Shown here one piece after another: positions 37,403-45,768 of a DNA stretch of 64,000 nt; positions within the stretch are counted from its first letter, which is position 1; each line of letters starts with the position of its first letter. Origin of the DNA: Xanthobacteraceae bacterium (GTDB lineage: Bacteria > Pseudomonadota > Alphaproteobacteria > Rhizobiales > Xanthobacteraceae). A model generated the notes under the pieces. The model was not told the DNA's origin, did no database searches, and saw only the letters and a program-made list of their open reading frames with translations. The translations under genes were made by a program, and so were the position numbers. The stretch covers positions 1,631-65,630 of the forward strand of contig DATFQX010000214.1 of NCBI GenBank assembly GCA_035263865.1, read 5' to 3'.

Positions 37403-38392
37403 TTATTCGCTTTTGATGCCCGCGCCTCTAATGATCGGCCACCACTTTTCGGTTTCCTCCTTGTGGAATGCGTAAAGCGCGTCCGCCGTTTGCTTGTCGC
37501 GCGGGAAAATCTCCTGGCCGATATCGGTGAGCCGCTTGCGCACGGTCGGGTCGGCGAGCGCGGCGACCACCGCCGCATTGAGCTTGACCACAATGTCCTT
37601 CGGCGTGCCCTTGGGCACCCATAAGCCGTGCCAGAATGAAATATTGATCCCGGGCACGCCGAGTTCTTCGCTGGTCGGGATGTCGGGCGCCGCGAACCAG
37701 CGGCTCTTGGCCAGCACCGCATAGGGCTTGACCTGCCGGTTGAGCACGTAAGAAAGCGCGCCCGTCCCCTCGTTGAACATGAGGTCGACATGGCCGGCGA
37801 CCTCGTCCTGGATGGCGGGGCCGCCGCCGCGATAAGGCACGAATTGGAAGCGGGTGCCGGTCACGCGTTGAAAATAGACGCTGCTCACATGCGACGCGCT
37901 GCCCGCTCCAACAGTTGCGGCCGTCGCCTTGTCGGGGTTTGCCTTGAGCCAGGCGATCAATTCGTTGAGGTCGTTCGCCGGGAAATCTTTGCGCGCGGTA
38001 ATCAGGATCGGGCTGCTCGTCAACAGCGACACCGCTTCAAAATCGCTGAGTACGTCATATTGGACGGGGTAGACGGCGCTCGCGCCCACGTGGCTCAGCC
38101 AATTGCCGATGCTCAGCGTATAGCCGTCCGGTGCGGCGCGGGCGGCGCGGCCAACGCCAATGCTGCCGCCGGCGCCGGTGACGTTCTCGACCACGACCGG
38201 CTCGCCGAGCGTGACCGAGAGATGATCGGCAAGGATGCGCGCGATGGGGTCGGCGACCCCGCCGGGCGGCACCGGCACGATGATGGTGATGGGGCGCGAG
38301 GGATAAGCCTGCGCGCCGGCAATGGACGAGAAAATCGGCAGCGTGACCGCGCTCGCTCCGAAAGATACCAGCCAGCGGCGAGAAAGTTTCAT
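37403..38392 (-). CDS. Bug/TctC family substrate-binding protein
   Basis: YPSRPITIIVPVPPGGVADP and FVPYRGGGPAIQDEVAGHVD, in tandem with the previous gene. Confidence 0.9.
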   Translation of the reverse strand: MKLSRRWLVSFGASAVTLPIFSSIAGAQAYPSRPITIIVPVPPGGVADPIARILADHLSVTLGEPVVVENVTGAGGSIGVGRAARAAPDGYTLSIGNWLSHVGASAVYPVQYDVLSDFEAVSLLTSSPILITARKDFPANDLNELIAWLKANPDKATAATVGAGSASHVSSVYFQRVTGTRFQFVPYRGGGPAIQDEVAGHVDLMFNEGTGALSYVLNRQVKPYAVLAKSRWFAAPDIPTSEELGVPGINISFWHGLWVPKGTPKDIVVKLNAAVVAALADPTVRKRLTDIGQEIFPRDKQTADALYAFHKEETEKWWPIIRGAGIKSE

Positions 38393-38583
38393 CTTGGGCT
38401 CAAAATGGCTCTACAAACGCACGGTATCACGCGCGGCAAAGGATTCGAGAGCTTTAGCGACGCGCCGCGCCTACCCTACTGGTGGCCTCCTATCATAGGA
38501 TGGCAGCGCAGGAAGGCGCAGCATGCGCAACACGTGGCGCGCGGTGCGGCCTTTTGCATTGAGAAAGGCTCGAGGAGAATGTG

Positions 38584-39564
38584 ATGCGCTTGTTTTCTTC
38601 CTCCGTACTTGCCTTGGCTCTGATCGCTGTTGGCCCAAGCGCCGGTGCCCAGCAGCCCTATCCCACGCGCCCGATCACCGTGGTCGTGCCGTTCGCGGCG
38701 GGTGGGCCGACCGACGTCATGACCCGCATTCTCGGCCAGCACATGAGCCAGACGCTGGGCCAGCAGATCGTCGTCGAGAACGTGACGGGCGGCGGCGGCT
38801 CCATCGGCGCCGCGCGCGTCGCCAAGGCTGCGCCCGACGGCTACACCATGGTGATGGGCAATCTCGGCACGCACGGCGCCGCGGTCGGGCTCTACAAAAA
38901 TCTCTCGTACGATCCCCGCGTCGACTTCGAGCCGGTGATGCTGGTGGCGAGCACGCCCATGGCGCTGATCGTGCGCAAGACCTTTCCCGCCGGCACGCTC
39001 AAGGACTTGACCGCCTACGCCGCCGCCCATCCGCACAAGCTCACCTTCGGCAGCGCCGGCACCGGCTCGATCTCGCACCTCACCTACCTGCTCTACACGC
39101 ATCTCACGAACACGCAGATCGAGCACGTGCCCTATCGCGGCAGCTCGCAGTCGATGAATGACCTTATCTCCGGTCAGATCGACATGAGCTTCGAGCAGGT
39201 CGTTTCGGCTGGCCCGACTATTCTTGCAGGCGCCGTGAAAGCACTGGCGGTGACGGCACCACGGCGCGCGGCCGCCATTCCCGAGGTGTCGTCGGCAACC
39301 GAAGCGGGCCTGCCCGAGTTACAGACGACCGCCTGGACCGCCCTGTTCTTCCCCAAGGGAACGCCGCAACCGATCGTCGAGCGCATCAACGCGGCGCTCG
39401 ACAAAGCCATGCGCGATGAGACCGTGGCCAAGCGGCTCGCGGAATTGGGCGCCGACCTGCCGGCGGAAAGCGAGCGCACGCCGCAGGCGCTGGGCAAGCT
39501 CGTGCGCAGCGAAATCGACAGATGGGTGCCGCTGATCAACGCGGCCGGCGTCGCGGGCAACTGA
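38584..39564 (+). CDS. Bug/TctC family substrate-binding protein
   Basis: YPTRPITVVVPFAAGGPTDV and HVPYRGSSQSMNDLISGQID. Confidence 0.9.
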   Translation: MRLFSSSVLALALIAVGPSAGAQQPYPTRPITVVVPFAAGGPTDVMTRILGQHMSQTLGQQIVVENVTGGGGSIGAARVAKAAPDGYTMVMGNLGTHGAAVGLYKNLSYDPRVDFEPVMLVASTPMALIVRKTFPAGTLKDLTAYAAAHPHKLTFGSAGTGSISHLTYLLYTHLTNTQIEHVPYRGSSQSMNDLISGQIDMSFEQVVSAGPTILAGAVKALAVTAPRRAAAIPEVSSATEAGLPELQTTAWTALFFPKGTPQPIVERINAALDKAMRDETVAKRLAELGADLPAESERTPQALGKLVRSEIDRWVPLINAAGVAGN

Positions 39565-39630
39565 CGCTTATCACAAAAGCGCACCACGGCTGACATTGGA
39601 GGTGCACCGTTCGACGGAGGTCTGTTGAAT

Positions 39631-39996
39631 ATGCAAATCCCTGGAATCACCAGTTTCGAACGCCGTCGCCAACCGCTTATCTCGCACCGCCGCTTCGCCG
39701 ATCGCATGCTAAAGGCCGTCGGACTGTGGTGCATGCTTGCCGGCGTCGGTTTGGCGATCGGAATGGCCGGCTACGCCGCATTCGAGGGCATGTCGCTTGC
39801 CGATTCGTACGTCAATGCGGCGATGATTCTGTCCGGCATGGGGCCAATGGGCGAGCTCAAAACGACGGCTGGAAAAGTCTTTGCGGGATCCTATGCGATC
39901 TTCTCGGGTCTTTTGATTGTCATCGCAACCGGCTTCGTATTGGCTCCAATCTTCCACCGCTTATTGCATCATTTCCATGTGGAAACCCACGAGTAG
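39631..39996 (+). CDS. small membrane protein with potassium-channel-like pore architecture
   Basis: TM1 (VGLWCMLAGVGLAIGMAGYAAF), a pore-helix-like SLADSYVNAAMILSGMGPMG, and TM2 (AIFSGLLIVIATGFVLAPIF). GGAGG lies upstream. Confidence 0.55.
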   Translation: MQIPGITSFERRRQPLISHRRFADRMLKAVGLWCMLAGVGLAIGMAGYAAFEGMSLADSYVNAAMILSGMGPMGELKTTAGKVFAGSYAIFSGLLIVIATGFVLAPIFHRLLHHFHVETHE

Positions 39997-40036
39997 GATT
40001 GAGAGGCGGTGCATCGCAGCGAGGGCGGAACTTTCG

Positions 40037-40062
40037 GTGGCTGTTGCGCGTTGAACGCATCG
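40037..40062 (+). promoter_or_regulatory. exact EcfG-type general stress promoter motif GGAAC-N17-CGTT
   Basis: GGAAC at 40037-40041 and CGTT at 40059-40062, 25 nt upstream of the ATG at 40088. Confidence 0.5.
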
Positions 40063-40087
40063 CGGGGAGTCCAAAGGAGGCCCGAGG

Positions 40088-40378
40088 ATGCGAACAGCCC
40101 ACCTTGTCGCCATTGCGATCGCCGTGGCGGGTTCTGCCGCGCTTTCGCTCCCCGCGAGCGCCGAGCGCTTCTGCCGGGAAGACTGCGTCGGTCCGCTGTG
40201 CAACAGGAACTGCGTGCACCGGGATCGCGACGTCACGATCGTGACCGCGATGTCGTCATCCAGGAGCGCCGCCGCGTGCGCGAACCCGGCGTCGAGATCA
40301 GAAGGTCTCGTCCCGGTCTCAGACTCGACATCGATTGACCTAAAAGCCCCCGCGCAAAATGGGCGGGACTTTTTTTAA
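40088..40378 (+). CDS. small secreted protein; 3' end uncertain (possible frameshift, alternative stop at 40338)
   Basis: Strong GGAGG SD and signal peptide MRTAHLVAIAIAVAGSAALSLPASA. As written, the last 12 codons read through the terminator hairpin and T-run. Confidence 0.5.
   Translation: MRTAHLVAIAIAVAGSAALSLPASAERFCREDCVGPLCNRNCVHRDRDVTIVTAMSSSRSAAACANPASRSEGLVPVSDSTSIDLKAPAQNGRDFF
40349..40376 (+). terminator. probable Rho-independent terminator (short GC stem + T7)
   Basis: CCCGC (40349-40353) pairs with GCGGG (40363-40367), followed by ACTTTTTTT. Confidence 0.45.
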
Positions 40379-40382
40379 CGAT

Positions 40383-41657
40383 CTATCGCGGCTGCTCTGC
40401 GGCCGGCTGCTTTGACTCGGTCTTTGCCGCCGGGAGCAGCATCTTCGCCAAGTAGCTTTCGATATCGGACAGCGTGATCGGCCAGAGCGAGCGCGTCTCC
40501 TGCTTGCTCGTGGCCGGCGCAGGACTCGGGGTTGCCGCCGGCGCAGCGCCCGAGGTGGCGGGCGGAATCTTCTCGGCCGGTGTGCTCAATGCGGCGGCAG
40601 GCGTCTTCTCGAACGGCACCGCCGGGCCGGGTGCCGTTGCCTTTTCCTTGTCCGCTTTATCGTTGCCGCTCGATTGTGCGCTCCCTGCCGACGGCGTCGA
40701 GGAATCCACGTTGCCGAGTATGACCGGCAACCCGTCCTTCCCGCTGCCGATGATGACAACCTTCGAATTGGTGGATTGCGACAGCTGCAGCGTTGCCTCG
40801 ATGCCGCGCCAGCGTAGGTAGGACTCGTTGATTCCCTGGCTGACGGTCTGTTGAAAGTCGCGGATGCCCTCGCCCTCGATCTTCTTGCGTTCCGACTCGC
40901 GTTTCTCGCGCTCGACCCGGAACTTGTACTCCTCCGCGATGTAGTATTGCTCGGTCTTGCGGTTGATGGCGGCGACGATGGCCGAAGGCAGCTCGATCCC
41001 GGTCACCAGGATGTCGTAGAGGATGATGGTATCCCGCATCGAGACGCGGTACGACTCTTCGCCCTCGTGCTCCATCATCTTCTCGGAGAGCCTGTTCTCC
41101 ACGAGTTCGCGAATTTTATCCTGAATTTCCTGGCGCGCCGTCGAATAGACCTGTTCGGCCGTGTATTGCGCGATTACCTCGCGGGTGAGGCTGCCGATTC
41201 CGGGCTGAATCAACACTTGCTGGTAATTCGGCCCGATCGCTTGGTGCAGCACGGGGACGGAATCGCGCTGCAGGCGGTACCGCACGACGACCGATGCCGT
41301 CAGGTTCACGCCGTCGCTGGAGATGGCGTTGTAGGATTCGGTGAAGGATTGCAGCCGCAGGTCGTACAGAAAAACGCGGTTCCAGGGCGAAACGAAATTG
41401 AAGCCCTCGTTCTTGAGGAGCCGCGGGTCGAGCACGGTGCCGTTGCCGAAACGCTTCCACAGAACGCCGACGTAGCCGCTGGGGACGGTGATCACCATGT
41501 GCGGGTAGAGCACCACCCCCACGAGCGTCAGCACCATCAAATAGATGACAACACTCGGCAGATGCCGGTCGGCGAATCGCCGCCACTTCGTTCGGGTCAT
41601 GGGCGGAGGCGGCGTCCCGTCCGCTGGCCAAAGATACGCTTTCAACTTGCTCTCCAT
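40383..41657 (-). CDS. SPFH/band 7 (prohibitin) family membrane protein with low-complexity C-terminal tail
   Basis: An N-terminal TM segment, an SPFH core (VPSGYVGVLWKRFG...FVSPWNRVFLYD) and an Ala/Pro-rich tail. The start is ambiguous: ATG at 41657, or further upstream to 41759. Confidence 0.75.
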   Translation of the reverse strand: MESKLKAYLWPADGTPPPPMTRTKWRRFADRHLPSVVIYLMVLTLVGVVLYPHMVITVPSGYVGVLWKRFGNGTVLDPRLLKNEGFNFVSPWNRVFLYDLRLQSFTESYNAISSDGVNLTASVVVRYRLQRDSVPVLHQAIGPNYQQVLIQPGIGSLTREVIAQYTAEQVYSTARQEIQDKIRELVENRLSEKMMEHEGEESYRVSMRDTIILYDILVTGIELPSAIVAAINRKTEQYYIAEEYKFRVEREKRESERKKIEGEGIRDFQQTVSQGINESYLRWRGIEATLQLSQSTNSKVVIIGSGKDGLPVILGNVDSSTPSAGSAQSSGNDKADKEKATAPGPAVPFEKTPAAALSTPAEKIPPATSGAAPAATPSPAPATSKQETRSLWPITLSDIESYLAKMLLPAAKTESKQPAAEQPR

Positions 41658-41897
41658 CGTTGCCGGCGGCAAAACCGCCGTTCTTTGAGCCGCAGTCTGG
41701 GAGCGGAAATCCAAGTCGTCAATATGACGCGGACGCGCGGCCCGACGGACAGAGAGCAAGAATCCGGCACCCGCGACATCACGCGCGCGTGATAGCGCAA
41801 TGCGAGATGCCGCGAGAAAGCTGACGATGCCCGCGGCCGTATTTCAAGTCGGCTTGAAGATACCGCGATCGAGTGCGTTAATCTGCTTAGCAATCAC

Positions 41898-42083
41898 TCA
41901 CTGAACTGTGCCGTGCGCCCATGAGCGAGGAAAAGCATCGCCGGGAATATCGTCACCAGCGATCCAAGGGATGCTCTTGGGGAGAGCCCCATCCGTTTCC
42001 ATGAACTCTTTCACGGCAATCCAAGCGGTTTCGAAGGGAATATACAGTCCGATCGGCATGAGACCGCCATGCAGCGTGAGCAA
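41898..42083 (-). CDS. 61-aa ORF, possibly a fragment of an immunity-like protein
   Basis: ETAWIAVKEFMETDGALPKSIPWI resembles C-termini of Imm1-type immunity proteins. This is weak recall with no partner gene. Confidence 0.2.
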   Translation of the reverse strand: MLTLHGGLMPIGLYIPFETAWIAVKEFMETDGALPKSIPWIAGDDIPGDAFPRSWAHGTVQ

Positions 42084-42208
42084 CCCCAGCTGTCAGCGCC
42101 GTCCCGGAGGCGCTAAAAAATAGCGCCGCAGCTCGGTTGGCGCGGGCCAGCCAGGCCCATCAAAGACGTCGAACTGCAAGACGCGCGCCGTCCCCAGAAA
42201 GCCGCGGC

Positions 42209-42511
42209 TCAGCTCGGGCGCGAGGGGCGTACCACCTTGCGCGTGGGCTTGTCCCGCCACTGGCAGCCGTAGGGCCACGGCTCCTGCGGACAGGCCCAGC
42301 TGAGCGGCCGCGATTTGACGGTGGGAATGGCGAGGCGATCGCTTTTCGCCCCGGTTGCGGGATTCGTCCCGGTTGCCGCATTCGCTTCCGGGCGCCCCGT
42401 GACGGGACTCATCGGCGGCGGCCTTTCGTCGGGATTGGCGGCAAGCGCCGTCACCACGGCAGCGCCGATGGCGAACGCGACGAAGCCCCCTGCGAGCCTG
42501 GACACGGACAT
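42209..42511 (-). CDS. hypothetical membrane-anchored small protein
   Basis: The ATG at 42511 gives MSVSRLAGGFVAFAIGAAVVTALAA (TM), then a Pro-rich linker and CPQEPWPYGCQW. Confidence 0.35.
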   Translation of the reverse strand: MSVSRLAGGFVAFAIGAAVVTALAANPDERPPPMSPVTGRPEANAATGTNPATGAKSDRLAIPTVKSRPLSWACPQEPWPYGCQWRDKPTRKVVRPSRPS

Positions 42512-42626
42512 GCGACCCACCCAGCCGCTCGTTAGTCGGCCCGGCGCAGCAAAAGGTTCATGCATGCGAGGCGTTTTCCCCAATCTGCGGCAAGGTGCCA
42601 CGTGCGATATGGCTCAAGCGCGCGAC

Positions 42627-42815
42627 CTAGCGCCTCCTGGGAAGCGTCCGGCGTTCGTTGAGTGCCGCTTGAGTGTAGTCCAACTGGTCGGCGAGCCGGC
42701 GCCACTGCTTGGCGAGATTGAGCAAAATTCGCGTGTGCTCGGGGGTATCGGCCGTTTTGGCCAGCTCCTCGCATCGCGCTGCGTGCGCACGACATTCTTT
42801 CGGATCGCCGGGCAT
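42627..42815 (-). CDS. small helical protein (62 aa) of a family common in Bradyrhizobium-like genomes
   Basis: MPGDPKECRAHAARCEELA...LLNLAKQWRRLADQL. A paralogue sits at 43050. Confidence 0.5.
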   Translation of the reverse strand: MPGDPKECRAHAARCEELAKTADTPEHTRILLNLAKQWRRLADQLDYTQAALNERRTLPRRR

Positions 42816-43049
42816 AGCGCCAACCCTTGCGCCACACTCCATACTCGCAAAAGGCAGATGGTTGCCCCCAATTTCAAGCCCCGAAATCGATCGGTGGGAC
42901 CGCTTTTCCGGTGCGAACGGGGCGCGCGGAAGTAGGACAGCCGGGGGGGGGCCGCCGAACGGACCGGATTTCGTTCATCGAGGGCCGATGCAGGGAACAA
43001 ACAGCAGGGGAACGAGGTTTACGCCAGTTGGGGCACGAGAGGGTCCGTC

Positions 43050-43301
43050 ATGGCAGACTACGAATCTCCGTCCGCGCGCTATCGGCGCCTCGCGGCCGAA
43101 TGTCTTGAAGTAGGCTCGACCTTTCCCCTCGGCGAGAGGCGCACCGTGCTGCTGCAGATGGCGCAAGTCTGGCAACGCCTGGCCGACGACTACCAGGGGA
43201 GCACGCCGCCGCTCATCCGCCCGGATGCGGGCGCCTCGCCAACGCTGCAGCAACAACAGCAATGCCAGCCCAAGGACGAAGACGAAAAACCCTCCGGATG
43301 A
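43050..43301 (+). CDS. small helical protein, paralogue of 42627..42815
   Basis: ARYRRLAAECLEV...LLQMAQVWQRLADDY shares the C-x-E-[LV]...LL-x-[LM]A-x-x-W-x-RLAD pattern. Confidence 0.5.
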   Translation: MADYESPSARYRRLAAECLEVGSTFPLGERRTVLLQMAQVWQRLADDYQGSTPPLIRPDAGASPTLQQQQQCQPKDEDEKPSG

Positions 43302-43392
43302 CCGGCAATTCCGGCGACCGCGGTCACTATCTTCGTTCCGGGAAATGTCCCTGATTTGAAAATCAGGCCTAACTACTGCGTCGCAGCTACGG

Positions 43393-43576
43393 CTACGCGT
43401 CAAGCTCGCGGATGATGTGCTCGCGATGATCTTCGTGCATCTTTAACGTGGTGCGCAGCGTCGCCAGAAGCTCTTTCGCCAACGCGCTGTCATGGCCATC
43501 GCGCTCGAGCTCGGCGATGATCGCCAGCTGCTTTTCAATATGCCCTCGGCCTTCGGCAATGTGCCCGATCGGCCAT
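43393..43576 (-). pseudogene. frameshifted small helical protein gene
   Basis: ATG GCC GAT CGG at 43576 is one nt out of frame with HIAEGRGHIEKQLAIIAELERDGHDSALAKELLATLRTTLKMHEDHREHIIRELDA*. The total length of 184 nt equals 3n+1. Confidence 0.45.
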
Positions 43577-43676
43577 CTTTAATTCTCGCTTCAACTGATC
43601 GCGGCGGCGGGGGTCCACGACCCTGTTTAACACAAAAGAGGGGGGTGGAGCGCCCGGAACTGGCGCGGCGCGACGC

Positions 43677-43904
43677 GGAGGCGAAGCGGGGGCGAACGCG
43701 CGGACACGTCAGCGCCGCGCGCTGCAGCGCCTGAATACACGCCACCGTCTTGCCGGCGCGGCGGTGCGTCACGATGCAGGCGAAGCGCTCCCCTCGCGCA
43801 TGGAAGCCGAAGAATTGCTCGCGCGCGCGGTAATCGAAGACGAGCTCCGGTGCCGGCGGCGGATTGGCCGTCGACGAGTCCGGTTGCGAATTTCGTGCCG
43901 TCAT
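43677..43904 (-). pseudogene. phage terminase large-subunit N-terminal fragment
   Basis: FHARGERFACIVTHRRAGKTVACIQALQRAALTCPRVRPRFA shows the Walker-A region pattern of terminases. The rest of the ORF degenerates into non-protein-like sequence. Confidence 0.4.
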
Positions 43905-44140
43905 CGCCGTGCTTTCGCTCCGCCCTCATGGTGAGGAGCCCTAAGCGCGTTTACGCGCGTCTTCGACGCGCTATGGCGTCTCGAACCATGAGGGCGGCCC
44001 GATTGCGGCGGCCACGCTTCGAGACGCCGCGCACGATGGGACAGATGCGCGCGGACGCGCTGTCGCCGTGCGGCTCCTCAGCGTGAGGACTGCCTTTGCG
44101 GGGCGGCTCCGTGCCGGATACTCTGACCCGCGGCGAAACA

Positions 44141-45082
44141 ATGGAGTATCTCGTTTTGAAAACGGCCGAGGAGCTGGTCAACGAAATCGGATTATCCGTG
44201 CAGCCACCGCGGGGCGTTGCCATCGTGCTGACCGAGGAGCCGGGAACGCAGCCCAATTGGGTTGCGGCTGCCGGGCCCATGGAAAACACGCTCACGGACA
44301 AGTTTTCGGAAAAGGTGGCCGAGCTTCGAAAGACCGATCCCCTCGTTGATTGGGGCGAAAAAGGCGAAAACGAATTTCGTCGCGTCGTCAAATTTGCATC
44401 CGAAGGGGCGCAGAGACGATGCGGCTGGTTCTTTCCCGCGTGTCCACTTGGCCCCGAAAGCAGACAAAGCGGCAGCCGTCTCGGTAGATCAGCTTTGTGC
44501 CAGGAGCCGACTCATGCACTGCAACAAACGATGCGCACCGGTAGCAATGATTTACTCGATCACCTCGTCGGCGCGGGCGAGCAGCGTAGGCGGGATGGTG
44601 AGACCGAGCATCCTGGCGGTCTGAGCGTTGATGGTCAGCTCGAACTTGCTCGCCTGCACGACCGGCAAGTCCGCAGGCCTCGCGCCCTTGAGGATGCGAC
44701 CGGTATAAACGCCCATCTGACGATAGGCATCCGGCAGACTCGCTCCGTAGCTCATCAGCCCGCCGATTTCGGTATATTGACGCCCCGGATATGTCGCGGG
44801 GACCGCGCGGTACGCAGTCAGTTGAACCAGTTGAACACGTCGGGCAGTGAGGAAGGGGCTGCTGCCGACGAAGAGCGCGTCGGGTCGCTCACGCACAAGA
44901 GTCGCGAAGGCTGCATCGATCTCGCCACTGGTGTTAGCGTTGAGGACCTGGATTTGCAGCCCCATGGCGCGAGCCGCGGTTTCAATGTCTCTCAGCGTGG
45001 CCGCAGTAATCGAAGTATTGTCCGGATTGACGAGCACGGCAACGCGAGTTGCCCCAGACATCAGCTCACGCAGGAGTTCTAG
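44141..45082 (+). CDS. hypothetical; only the first ~95 codons look coding
   Basis: MEYLVLKTAEELVNEIGLSVQPPRGVAIVLTEEPGTQPNWVAAAGPMENTLTDKFSEKVAELRKTDPLVDW is protein-like. The remaining 3' part runs antisense through the solute-binding-protein gene without a stop. Confidence 0.25.
   Translation: MEYLVLKTAEELVNEIGLSVQPPRGVAIVLTEEPGTQPNWVAAAGPMENTLTDKFSEKVAELRKTDPLVDWGEKGENEFRRVVKFASEGAQRRCGWFFPACPLGPESRQSGSRLGRSALCQEPTHALQQTMRTGSNDLLDHLVGAGEQRRRDGETEHPGGLSVDGQLELARLHDRQVRRPRALEDATGINAHLTIGIRQTRSVAHQPADFGILTPRICRGDRAVRSQLNQLNTSGSEEGAAADEERVGSLTHKSREGCIDLATGVSVEDLDLQPHGASRGFNVSQRGRSNRSIVRIDEHGNASCPRHQLTQEF
44447..44461 (+). repeat. dispersed repeat core CTTGGCCCCGAAAGC (copy A)
   Basis: The same 15-mer occurs at 51541-51555 and 52734-52748. 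This copy lies about 90 nt 3' of a PF04392-type gene. Confidence 0.7.
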
Positions 45083-45535
45083 GCGCTTTGCAGCCAACTC
45101 GAGTGAGACGAAATTGGTCCCCGTCAGGTTGCCGCCCGGCCGCGCGAGGCTGGCAACAAGACCAAGCGTGACCGGGTCTTCGGCTACACCGAACACAATC
45201 GGGATCGTTATCGTTGCCGCCTTGGCCGCGAACGTTGCAGGGGGAGCGTTGGCGACGATCACGGCGACCCGCTGGCGAACCAATTCGGCCGCCAGCTGCG
45301 GCAGTCGATCGATTTGACTCTCGGCCCAGCGGTATTCGATCGCCACGTTTTCGCCCTCGACATAGCCGGTCTCCTTCAGGCCCTGGCGAAATGCGCGCAG
45401 ACGGTCCACGAACGAGTCTGGCGATGTGGAGTCGAGAAACCCGATCACTGGGATGACTGGCTGCTGGGCGTCCGCGGCGAGCGGCCATCCCGCTACACCG
45501 CTGCCTAGAAGCGTGATGAATTCCCGCCGCCTCAT
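44552..45535 (-). CDS. ABC transporter substrate-binding protein (PF04392 ABC_sub_bind type)
   Basis: The ATG at 45535 starts MRRREFITLLGSGVAGWPLAADA. Later IPVIGFL and C-terminal LLARADEVIE. Confidence 0.85.
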   Translation of the reverse strand: MRRREFITLLGSGVAGWPLAADAQQPVIPVIGFLDSTSPDSFVDRLRAFRQGLKETGYVEGENVAIEYRWAESQIDRLPQLAAELVRQRVAVIVANAPPATFAAKAATITIPIVFGVAEDPVTLGLVASLARPGGNLTGTNFVSLELAAKRLELLRELMSGATRVAVLVNPDNTSITAATLRDIETAARAMGLQIQVLNANTSGEIDAAFATLVRERPDALFVGSSPFLTARRVQLVQLTAYRAVPATYPGRQYTEIGGLMSYGASLPDAYRQMGVYTGRILKGARPADLPVVQASKFELTINAQTARMLGLTIPPTLLARADEVIE

Positions 45536-45768
45536 GAGCTTTCCCCAAGGCCAATGGTCACGAACCAAGCATACCAGGTCTTGGAGAGGGTTCAGAACCG
45601 TGCGTCGCACCAAAAAAACGGCGCCTGATGTCCGGTTCGGCTCAAAAGCAGCGCGGCCAACCGACCCGACCGCTCCAGCTAAGTCCGGTTCGCCTTTCAC
45701 AGCTGACGTAAATTCGCGCAATATGGCGCGCACTGCCAAAGGGAACACGCAGCCACGAAGAGGACGTC

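Noticed and set aside
43371-43376. An additional AACTAC half-site near 43371, considered as a third operator.
   Set aside because: It is a single isolated hexamer, which is expected by chance many times in 64 kb, and it has no inverted partner at a comparable spacing.
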